Assembly (NCBI GenBank): GCA_965204345.1
Contig: OZ241981.1
Coordinates: forward strand, 384,001-448,000
Source of the DNA: Nitrosopumilus sp.
Lineage (GTDB): Archaea > Thermoproteota > Nitrososphaeria > Nitrososphaerales > Nitrosopumilaceae
Length of the DNA stretch: 64,000 nucleotides
Direction: 5' to 3'
The first letter of the stretch is position 1. Every line of letters starts with the position of its first letter. Under the pieces are notes generated by a model. It was not told the origin of the DNA. It did no database searches and worked only from the letters and a program-made list of their open reading frames with translations. Shown here piece after piece: positions 51,550 to 62,800 of the stretch. A program made the position numbers and the translations under genes.

Positions 51550-52919
51550 GCAATAGTATTAGCAGTCCCCAGGAGATCAAAGAAGAATTTCTTAAAAGCA
51601 GGATGGGAATTGCAGGCATTGCAATCCTCCTAATTCTGGTGGGAATTTCAATTGCTGCGGTGGTTGCAATTCCAATAGAGACACTGCAGGAATGGAACAA
51701 TCCTGGAAGCTGGATTCTGAATCCCAAGGTCGCAGTTCCGGTTTGGGTAAACGTCTTTATGATAGAAAAAATTCCAGAGCACCAAATATTAGAAACGCCA
51801 AACACAGAAAAAATCTCAAATGATCAAATAACACTTGTCTCGCATCAGTTTGGGCTGAATTTTGACTATGACGATTTTCCAAATGACTTTATCTATGTAT
51901 TTTCATCAGAATACCTGGGATCCCCGCTATTGCAAATATCAGTAATCAGGCCAGACGGAATAAAGCTTGATTTGCTATCAACGTCACTTCCCCATTCAGA
52001 CACAAAAGCGATTCACAGCGAAAAGATATTTTCAACAGATGATTCAATAAAGAAAAACCTTGCATTACAGTCAGATAATTTTGGCTTTGCATTTGACAGG
52101 CTGGCATCAGAGAAGATTATTTTTTCAAAAAATACGGCAAATGAGCCGCTAAAAGGAGACTATATTTTTTCAATAGACCTGTACGGGGCAGACTCTGAAA
52201 ATGAGATCACAGATTCAAAGCTGATCATAGGCGGCAAGGCCTTTGGAGTCATGGGTACAGACGAGCTAAGAAGGGATTTGGCCATAGGCCTATTGTGGGG
52301 TACCCCGCTTGCGCTGTTTATCGGACTGGTCGTATCCATTGCGTCTGTAATCATGGGACTGCTTTATGGGGTATATGCAGGATACAAGAGTAGAAAGACA
52401 GACGAGGTGATGATGCGGTTTAATGACGTCATTTACGCATTGCCTGCACTGCCATTTTTGATCATCCTTTCAGTCACAATAAGCAACAGCATATTTGTGA
52501 TGGTGGGATTTTTGACGGTTTTTGGATGGGTAGGCATAGCAAAAGTGGCAAGAAGCATGTCACTGCAAATTAAAACCAGGGGATACATAGATGCTGCAAA
52601 CATGATGGGTCAAAAAGACTCTAGGGTAATTCTAAGACACATTATGCCACAGCTGCTTCCGTATGCCTTTGCCAGCATTGCAATCTCTGTGCCTGCTGCA
52701 ATCACGACAGAGGCAGGACTAAGCTTTCTAGGATTAGGGGACCCGTCATTTCCCACGTGGGGACAGATACTGCACGATGCCAATACGTTTGGAGCGGCCT
52801 CTAGGGGGCTGTGGTGGTGGATTATGCCCCCAGGAATAATGATTGCAATAGCAGGATTGGCATTTGTGTTTATCGGAAATGCACTAGATGCAGTAATCAA
52901 TCCAAAACTAAAGAGATAG
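51546..52919 (+). CDS. Peptide/nickel ABC transporter permease (DppC/OppC family)
   Basis: GTDELRRD, EAGLSFLGLG, TWGQIL, WWWIMPPG; ATGA overlap with the preceding permease. Confidence 0.93.
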   Translation: MSNSISSPQEIKEEFLKSRMGIAGIAILLILVGISIAAVVAIPIETLQEWNNPGSWILNPKVAVPVWVNVFMIEKIPEHQILETPNTEKISNDQITLVSHQFGLNFDYDDFPNDFIYVFSSEYLGSPLLQISVIRPDGIKLDLLSTSLPHSDTKAIHSEKIFSTDDSIKKNLALQSDNFGFAFDRLASEKIIFSKNTANEPLKGDYIFSIDLYGADSENEITDSKLIIGGKAFGVMGTDELRRDLAIGLLWGTPLALFIGLVVSIASVIMGLLYGVYAGYKSRKTDEVMMRFNDVIYALPALPFLIILSVTISNSIFVMVGFLTVFGWVGIAKVARSMSLQIKTRGYIDAANMMGQKDSRVILRHIMPQLLPYAFASIAISVPAAITTEAGLSFLGLGDPSFPTWGQILHDANTFGAASRGLWWWIMPPGIMIAIAGLAFVFIGNALDAVINPKLKR

Positions 52920-53231
52920 TCAGTCTGCAAAGCTGCGAATAATGTTCAGTGCAGAGTCGTTAAGCTTTATTGTGTATGTTAGGGAATTTGGGTCTTCCTT
53001 GGTTTTAGCCAAGATTTCAGTAAATCTTACTTTTTGGTCTTCAGTTGCGCCTGCCTCGTGTGCGCAAAGATTGAATGCCTTGAGGTTTAGGTTGTTTTTG
53101 AGCAAGTGCGCAATGAATTTCTTATAATTCTCGGGGTTTTCCCAGCTGGCATTTTTTTCAAAACATGTAGCAATCCAAACATCAACAGAGTTGTGAAAGA
53201 TTACTTTTTTTCGAATTTCATCCAAAGACAT
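52920..53231 (-). CDS. Hypothetical protein
   Basis: 103-aa ORF immediately downstream of 53240-53584. Confidence 0.72.
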   Translation of the reverse strand: MSLDEIRKKVIFHNSVDVWIATCFEKNASWENPENYKKFIAHLLKNNLNLKAFNLCAHEAGATEDQKVRFTEILAKTKEDPNSLTYTIKLNDSALNIIRSFAD

Positions 53232-53239
53232 TTTTTTAC

Positions 53240-53584
53240 CTAAAAATCAGCCCGTTGCATCTTAGAGCCGCAGCGAGGACAGGTGCCGCCTTTGTGTTTG
53301 TTGTTGCAAACAAGGCATACATATCGCACGCTGCTGCCGGAACTTCCTTGTGTGCCCATGCCAAAAAAGCCGCCGCCACCGCCGCCAGAATCTCCGCCAT
53401 AATTGCCCATGCGCCTCATCTGATTTCTTCTCATCATCATTGGCAATATGATGAAAATTGCCATAACAAGGGCGATACTAAAATACCATGGGACGCCCAA
53501 GTATCCAAGGACTATTTGCAGGCCGATGCTAAAAACAAGCGATGCTCCTAGGAATAGATAATATCGCTTAAGTTGAGGATTCAA
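53240..53584 (-). CDS. Membrane protein with Gly linker and C-terminal Zn ribbon
   Basis: Two TM helices; CLVC..CPRCGS. Confidence 0.8.
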   Translation of the reverse strand: MNPQLKRYYLFLGASLVFSIGLQIVLGYLGVPWYFSIALVMAIFIILPMMMRRNQMRRMGNYGGDSGGGGGGFFGMGTQGSSGSSVRYVCLVCNNKHKGGTCPRCGSKMQRADF

Positions 53585-53867
53585 TTCACAAAAAGTATCT
53601 TAAAAAAGGATATAAAGTTTGTTCAGGTTTGTCAGGATTCTGGCAAATTTTGGTGCCTTGTGTCATAAAGCAGGTGTAATGGCAATCTCTGAATTGTACT
53701 TTGGGATTTTTTGATGGCTGGAGACCGGTCATTTTTTTAAGAAAGTATCTTTCTCCCTCTTGCAATTTGCTGTCAAATTCCAGTGATCAGAATTTATCAG
53801 ACCCAAAGACAACTTGCAGTCACATAGATCAAAAGTACCTGTAAAATAGCAAAGAATTAGAAAGAGT

Positions 53868-56800
53868 CTAGCCTAGCGGAATCTCTACTGTCTGTGTCAG
53901 TATTCCCTGCTCAACGCCGTTGGTGCTAACGCTGATTGCGTTGCCGCCCTGCTGGATGCCCCTCAAGGAGTTGACCTGCTCATCAGTGTGCGTAAACTGT
54001 ACAAAGACGTTGAGATCATCATTGCTGTCTTCCCTGCCATACCTGTCTGGGAACGCGATGGTAGTTACGGTTTGTCCTGAGATTCCAAGTTCCTTTTCTG
54101 CAAACACGTCAGGTACTGACTGCAACACCATGTATTGCGTTAGTGTCTCACCGGTATCCTCGTTTGTAAACTCAATGTTGGTATTTAGGAATTCTTTGAG
54201 CACGTCTGGCAGGTCAACCTGCGTTGATATGTCGTTGATTTTCATGCCTGATTTTTGAGATACTGTCACTGCATCCTCAGATGCAATTGCAATTTCAGCA
54301 GAGGTTGGAACTATAGTCCTGCTTCCATCTCCTGCAATAATCTCAATTGTGTCACCGCCCAAGAGAACGCCTCTCATGGAGTTGACCATATCATCAGAGG
54401 ATGATATCTGCAAGAAGAGGTTTGCATTGTTGTTGCTCTCCTCAGAACCGGGTCTGTCAGTTAGTGCAACTGTGGTAACTGTCTGTCCGCTGATTCCCAG
54501 GACAGTCTCGGCATACTTGTCAGGGTTGGATTGCAGTGTCTGGAAATCAGTGAGTCTCATGCCAGTGTTATCATTTGTAATATCAGTAAAGTCAGCAAGG
54601 AACTCGCGGACTAGTTGGGGTGTCTGTACCGGGGCCAGTCCAGGTATCGGTACTGCTGGGAGATCAGTCATGGTGTCAGTTGGCAAATCTGCTCTAGAAG
54701 AGGGCTGGTCAGGTGTTACAACTGCACTGCCACCGGTAATAACAGGTGAGGATGACTCGTATGTGTTTACAGATACAGAGCCCGAACATTCGGTGATGTT
54801 AAGTGACTTTGAATCAGTGGATATTCCTCTTGATGCAATATTTTCTACCTGTACGTGTACAAACGACTCGTTTGGTGAGAGGTTTGCATCAAATGAAATT
54901 CTTCCAGGATAGGACTGCTCATCAGAGCGTTCTGCCGTGATTACACCTGCATAGGTTCTAAGCTTTACAGACAGATTGTCAGTTACAGGACCAGCTATTA
55001 CGTTGATTGTGTTTGCCTCACAGACATCCCATTGTACATCATACAAAACAGCAGCAGAGGCACCATTTGCAACAGATGAGCCGCTAGATGGAAGGGAAGC
55101 GCCACCGCCACCGCCACCGCCACCACCACCACCGCCGCCACCGCTGCGGCTACTAGAAGGTGTGGATGGTGTAGGTTCGACAGGAACCGTAGAGAATGAG
55201 CCAAATGAACTAAAGTGCGTGGTCCAGATGATCATATCAGAGCCGTCACGAACAAAACAGGATTCCAACGCAGTGCCAGCTTCAAGATTAGTATTGGCAG
55301 TAGTCTGATTGACAGGAACAAATGGACATACAACTAGTGATCGTGAATCTACAACGCCATCAGCAACTTCTTCTGAGAAGAAGGCACCCTCATAGCTTGC
55401 CTGGCCAGGCAAGAGTAACCTGACTGCCTGATCAAATGTTAATCTAGTGTTATCATCACCGACTGAGAATGCCAGGCCTATCTCATCATTTGGAGTTGGA
55501 GGAACAGCAGTACCAGTAGAAAGAGATGGAACTGCGATACGGCCAGTCCAGTCACCAGATGAATCGCTTACAACCACATTAGCCGGATAAGTGACAGTTA
55601 CTGTTTGAGAATCAGAGAGTGTAGAATTAACGACAGTAACAGAATCAGAAATTGTCACACTCTTTGGTACGGTTGGATTGGCAGTACCAAATGTTGGAGC
55701 GCCATTAAAGTCAAGCAGCTGGCCATCAGTAGTGAAAATCGTTTCAGGCAATGTGTCATGTATTACATTAAGGGTGATCAAATTTGAAGATGCCAGATAT
55801 GTCCTTACAACATCACTGCCAAGCGGGATATTATCTTCAATGGTATCTCCGGTAGTGTTGATTGTAACTGTAACTGGGGCAGATGCGGTGTTGAGGTTGC
55901 CTGCAAGGTCTGTTGCCACGTCTGCTGCTATTGATACAACTATTGTTCCGTCTGTAGAGCCGCGAGCCACATTAAAGGTGTAGACACTGCCATCACCACC
56001 AATGTTGGATGCTACTGGATTGCCGCTGTTTGCAGTGCCTGTTACTGTAATGTCACCTAGCTCAAAGTTCTGGACATCCTCACTGAATGTTGCCGTAAAC
56101 GTTACTTGGTCATCACTGGTGGTAGTGATGCCATCAGCAGGTGTAATGGATACGGATGGCCTCACCATGTCCACTGTAATAATATGTACAGCATCTGTGT
56201 TGCCATCTGTTACCACATCGTCAGGTATGGTTACTGTTAGCTCACCACCTGTGGTGATGCCGTGTGTGACTGTAAAGGCATAGTCAGCACCGCTTCCACT
56301 AAATGCAGATATCAGGCTGCCAGGTGTATCAGAAGGAACTCCGTCAATTGCCACAGTGATGTCAGATTCTACAAATTCTGTGACATCCTCGCTAAAGGTT
56401 GCAGTAAATGAGATGGTATCAGAGTTTGTAGGATCAGCAGCATTTGTGCTCAGGGATACGTATGAGACAGTGGTATCTATGGTGACAGTGACTGGTACAG
56501 ATGCGGTATTAGAGTTGCCTGCAAGGTCTGCTGCCACGTCTGCTGCAATGGATATAATTACTGTTCCGTCAGAGGATATGCCTGCAACGTTAAAGGTGTA
56601 TGTGCGAGCATCAACTGCTACAAAGTCAGTTGCTGTGAGGGTGCCGTTGTTGGCAGTGCCTGTTACTGTAATGTCAGTTAGGATAAACTCTTCAACATCC
56701 TCTCTAAATTCTACTATAAATGGTACCGTATCAAGTCCGGTGCTGCTGCCAGCAGGTGAACTGACAGAGACTGTTGGGGCAGTGGTGTCTATTGTGACGG

Positions 56801-59800
56801 TGACTAAATTAGATGCGGTGTTGGAGTTGCCTGCAAGGTCTGTTAGCGCACCAGCATCTATTGATGCAATTACGGTTCCGTCTGAGGAACCGCGAGCAAC
56901 ATCAAAGGTGTATGTGCGGGCACCAACTGTTACAAGGTTGGCTGCTGCTGGGGCGCCGTCGTTTGCGGTGCCTGCCACTGTAATGTCAGCCAGAACAAAG
57001 TTCTGGACATCCTCGTTAAAGGTTGCCGTAAAGGTTATGGTATCAGAGTTGGTGAGATCATTGGCAGTTGTAGTTACAGAGACAGTTGGAACAAGAGTGT
57101 CTATTGTGACGGTAACTGGGGCAGATGCGGTGTTGGAGTTGCCTGCAAGGTCTGTTGCTACGTCTACTGCTATGGATGGAGTTACGGTTCCGTCTGTGGT
57201 GCCGCGAGCAACATCAAAGGTGTATGTGCGGGCATCAACTGTTGCAAAGTTGGTTGCTGCTGGAGCATCTCCGTTGGCAGTGCCCGTTACTGTAATGTCA
57301 GCCAGAACAAAGTTCTGGACATCCTCGCTAAAGGTTGCCGTAAAGGTTACGGGGTCATCACCAGTGATGGTGCCATCGGCAGGTGTAATGGATACGGTTG
57401 GGACAATAGTGTCTATTGTGACAGTAACTGGGGCAGATGCGGTGTTGGAGTTGCCTGCAAGGTCTGTTGCCACATTTGCTGCAATGGATGGAGATACGGT
57501 TCCGTCTGTAGAGCCGCGAGCAACATCAAAGGTGTATGTGCGGGCATCAACTGTTGCAAAGTTGGTTGCTACTGGATTGCCGTCGTTGGCAGTACCAGTT
57601 ATTGTAATGTCAGCTAGGACAAAGTCTTGGACATCCTCGCTAAAGGTTGCCGTAAAGGTTACGGGGTCATCACCAGTGATGGTGCCATCGGCAGGTGTAA
57701 TGGATACGGTTAGGGCAGTAGTATCTATTGTGACGGTAACTGGGGCAGATGCGGTGTTGGAATTGCCTGCAAGGTCTGTTGCTACGTCTGCTGCTATGGA
57801 TGAAGTTACGGTTCCGTCTGAGGAACCGCGAGCAACATCAAAGGTGTATGTGCGGTCATCAACTGTTACAAAGTTGGCTGCTGCTGGAGCACCGCCGTTG
57901 GCAGTACCAGTTATCGTAATACCAGCTAGCTCAAAGTTCTGGACATCCTCACTGAATGTTGCAGTAAATGTTACTGGGTCAGCACCAGTGATAGTACCAT
58001 CAGCAGGTGTAATGGTTACGGTTGGGGCCATGGTGTCTATGATGACAGTAACGGAGTTAGATGCCGTGTTGAGGTTGCCTGCGGCATCTGTTGCCACATC
58101 TGATTCAATGGATACAATTACGTCTCCGTCAGAAGCTATGCCTGCAACGTTAAAGGTGTATGTGCGGTCATTAACTGCTGCAAAGCTGGATGCTGTAAGG
58201 GTGCCGCCGTTGGCAGTGCCTCCTACTGTAATGTCATTTGTGACAAAGTTCTCAACTGCCTTGTTGAAGGTTACTGTAAATGGTACCGTATTAGAGTTGG
58301 TGGTGTCGCCTGCAGTTGTAGTTACAGAGGCTGTTAGAGCTTGAGTGTCTATTGTGACGGTAACTGGAGCAGATGCCGTGTTGAGGTTGCCTGCGGCATC
58401 TGTTGCCACATTTTCTGCAATTGTCACGGTTACGGTTCCGTCTGAGCTTCCGCGCAATACATCAAAGGTGTATTGAGCACCAGATCCTGCAAGGTTTGAT
58501 GCTACTGGAGCGCTACCGTTGACAGTGCCCGTTACTGTAATGTCAGCTAGCTCAAAGTCTGCAACTGGCTTGTTGAAGTTTACTGTAAATGGTATTGTAG
58601 TAAGATTGGTGTTCTCGCCTGCAGTTGTAGTTACAGATACTGTTAGGTCAGTGGTGTCTACTGTGACGGTAACTTGGGTAGATGCAGTGTTGGAGTTGCC
58701 TAGAGAGTCTGCTGTTACACCTGCTGCAATTGATGCAATTACATCTCCGTCAGAAGCTATGCCTGCAACATCAAAGGTGTATGTACGGTTATCAACTGTC
58801 TGAATGTTGGTTGCTGTGAGAGTGCCGCCGTTGGCATCGCCTTCTATTGTAATGTCATCTGCGGTAATTGGATCAACATCCCTGCTAAAGGTTGCCGTAA
58901 ATGTTATTGTATTAGAATTGGTGTTGGCACCTGCATTTGAACTCAGAGTGACTGTTGGGCGAACGGTGTCTATTGTGACGGTAACTGGTGCAGATGCCTC
59001 GTTGAGGTTGGCTGCAAGGTCTGTTGCCTCGCCTGCATCTATAGATGCAATTACAGTTCCATCTGATGAGCCTCGAGCAACATCAAAGGTGTATGTGCGG
59101 GCATTAACTGTTTCAAAGTTGGTTGCTGCAGGAGCACCGCCGTTGGCAGATCCTGTTACTGTAATGTCACTTGCGTCAAAGTTCTGGACATCCTCGCTAA
59201 AGGTTGCAGTAAATGTTACGGGGTCATCGCTGGTGGTGGTGCCATCGGGAGGTGTAATGGTTACGGTTGGGGTAGTGGTGTCTATTGTGACGGTAATTGA
59301 GGTAGATGCGGTGTTGAGGTTGCCTGCGATATCTGTTGCTACATCTGCTGCAATTGTCACGGTTACGGTTCCGTCTGAGGTTCCGCGCAATACATCAAAG
59401 GTGTAATCAGTACCAGATCCTGCAAGGTTTGATGCTGCTGGAGTGCCGTCGTTGGCAGTACCCATTACTGTAATGTCACTTGCGTCAAAGTCCTCAACTG
59501 CCTTGTTGAAGGTTACTGTAAATGGTACCGTAGCAAGGGCGGTGTTCTCGTCTGCAGTTGTAGTTACAGTTGCTGTTAGGGCAATGGTGTCTATTGTGAC
59601 AGCAGCAGAACTTGGGGATGCAAGATTGGAGTTGCCTGCGGCATCTGTTGCCACACCTGCTGCGATTGACACGGTTACGGTTCCGTCTGAGGAACCGCGC
59701 ACTACATCAAAGGTGTATTGAGCACCAGATCCTACAAGGTTGGATGCTGCTGGAGCGCTACCGTTGACAGTGCCCGTTACTGTAATGTCAGATAGTTCAA

Positions 59801-62800
59801 AGTCTTCAACTGGCTTGTTGAAGGTTACTGTAAATGGTATTGTAGTAAGATTGGTGTTCTCGCCTGCAGTTGTAGTTACAGATACTGTTAGGTCAGTGGT
59901 ATCTACTGTGACTGTAACTTGGGTAGATGCAGTGTTGGAGTTGCCTAGAGAGTCTGCTGTTACACCTGCTGCAATTGATGCAATTACATCTCCGTCAGAA
60001 GCTATGCCTGCAACATCAAAGGTGTATGTACGGTTATCAACTGTCTGAATGTTGGTTGCTGTGAGAGTGCCGCCGTTGGCATCGCCTTCTATTGTAATGT
60101 CATCTGCGGTAATTGGATCAACATCCCTGCTAAAGGTTGCCGTAAATGTTATTGTATTAGAATTGGTGTTGGCACCTGCATTTGAACTCAGAGTGACTGT
60201 TGGGCGAACGGTGTCTATTGTGACGGTAACTGGTGCAGATGCCGTGTTGAGGTTGCCTGCGGCATCTGTTGCCACATTTTCTGCAATTGTCACGGTTACG
60301 GTTCCGTCTGAGGTTCCGCGCAATACATCAAAGGTGTATTGAGCACCAGATCCTACAAGGTTGGATGCTGCTGGAGCGCTACCGTTGACAGTGCCCGTTA
60401 CTGTAATGTCAGCTAGCTCAAAGTCTGCAACTGGCTTGTTGAAGGTTACTGTAAATGGTACCGTATCAAGATTGGTGTTCTCGCCTGCAGTTGTAGTTAC
60501 AGATACTGTTAGAGCTTCAGAGTCTATTGTGACGGTAACTGGTGCAGATGCAGTATTGAGGTTGCCTGCGGCATCTGTTGCCACATCTGATGCTATGGAT
60601 ACAATCACGGTTCCGTCTGAGCTTCCGCGTACTACATCAAAGGTGTATTGAGCACCAGATCCTGCAAGGTTTGATGCTACTGGAGCGCTACCGTTGACAG
60701 TGCCCGTTACTGTAATGTCAACTAGCTCAAAGTCCTCAACTGCCTTGTTGAAGGTTACTGTAAATGGTACCGTATCAAGGTTGGTGTTATCGCCTGCAGT
60801 TGTAGTTACAGTTGCTGTTAGGTCAGTGGTGTCTACTGTGACGGTAACTTGGGTAGATGCAGTGTTGGAGTTGCCTGCTAAGTCTGTTGTTACACCTGCT
60901 GCAATGGATGCAATTACTGTTCCGTCAGAAGCTATGCCTGCAACATCAAAGGTGTATGTGCTGGCATCAACTGTCTGAATGTTGGTTGCTGTGAGAGTGC
61001 CGCCGTTGGCATCGCCTTCTATTGTAATGTCAGTTGTGGTAATTGGAACAACATCCCTGCTAAAGGTTGCAGTAAATGTTATTGTATTAGAATTGGTGTT
61101 GGCACCTGCATTTGAACTCAGAGTGACTGTTGGGCGAACGGTGTCTATTGTGACAGTAACTGGTGCAGATGCCTCGTTGGGGTTGGCTGCAAGGTCTGTT
61201 GCCACGCCTGCTGCTATGGATGCAATTACGGTTCCGTCTGATGAGCCTCGAGCAACATCAAAGTTGTATGTGCGGGCATCAACTGTTGTAAAGTTGGCTG
61301 CTGTCGGATTGGTGCCGTTGGCAGTGCCAGTTATCGTAATATCAGCTAGCACAAAGTTCTGGACATCCTCACTGAATGTTGCAGTAAACGTTACTGGGTC
61401 ATCACTGGTGGTGGTGCCATCATCAGGAGTAATGATTACGGTTGGGGCTGTGGTGTCTACTGTGACTGTAACTTGGGTAGATGCCGTGTTGAGGTTGCCT
61501 GCGATATCTGTTGCTACATCTGCTGCAATTGATACGGTTACGGTTCCGTCTGAGGTTCCGCGCAATACATCAAAGGTGTAATCAGTACCAGATCCTGCAA
61601 GGTTTGATGCTGCTGGGGTGCCGTCGTTGGCAGTACCCGTTACTGTAATGTCACTTGCGTCAAAGTCCTCAACTGCCTTGTTGAAGGTTACTGTAAATGG
61701 TACCGTAGCAAGGGCGGTGTTCTCGTCTGCAGTTGTAGCTACAGATACTGTTAGGTCAGTGGTGTCTATTGTAACAGCAGCAGAACTTGGGGATGCAAGA
61801 TTGGAGTTGCCTGCGGCATCTGTTGCCACATCTGCTGCAATTGATACGGTTACGGTTCCGTCTGAGGTTCCGCGCAATACATCAAAGGTGTATTGAGCAC
61901 CAGATCCTACAAGGTTGGATGCTGCTGGAGTGCCGTCGTTGGCAGTACCTGCTACTGTAATGTCAGCTAGCTCAAAGTCTGCAACATCCTTGTTGAAGGT
62001 TACTGTAAATGGTATTGTAGTAAGATTGGTGTTATCGCCTGCAGTTGTAGCTACAGATACTGTTAGATCAGTGGTGTCTACTGTGACTGTAACTTGGGTA
62101 GATGCCGTGTTGAGGTTGCCTGCGGCATCTGTTGCCACACCTGCTGCAATTGATGCAATTACGGTTCCGTCAGAAGCTATGTCTGCAACGTTAAAGGTGT
62201 ATGTGCGGGCATCATCTCCTACAAAGCCGGATGCTGTGAGGGTGCCGTTGTTGGCAGTACCAGTTACTGTAATGTCAGCTAGCTCAAAGTCCTCAACTGC
62301 CTTGTTGAAGGTTACTGTAAATGGTACCGTATCAAGGTTAGTGTTCTCGCCTGCAGTTGTAGCTATAGAGGCTGTTAGGTCAGTGGTGTCTATTGTAACA
62401 GCAGCAGAACTTGAGGATGCAAGATTGGAGTTACCTGCGGCATCTGTTGCCACATCTGCATCTATGGATACGGTTACGGTTCCGTCAGAGGTTCCGCGCA
62501 ATACATCAAAGGTGTAATCAGCACCAGATCCTGCAAGGTTGGATGCTGCTGGAGTGCCGTCGTTGGCAGTACCTGCTACTGTAATGTCAGCTAGCTCAAA
62601 GTCTGCAACATCCTTGTTGAAGGTTACTGTAAATGGTATTGTAGTAAGATTGGTGTTATCGCCTGCAGTTGTAGCTACAGATACTGTTAGATCAGTGGTG
62701 TCTACTGTGACTGTAACTTGGGTAGATGCCGTGTTGAGGTTGCCTGCGGCATCTGTTGCCACACCTGCTGCAATTGATGCAATTACGGTTCCGTCAGAAG

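Noticed and set aside
53920-62517. + strand ORFs up to 662 aa
   Set aside because: Antisense shadows of giant gene 2.
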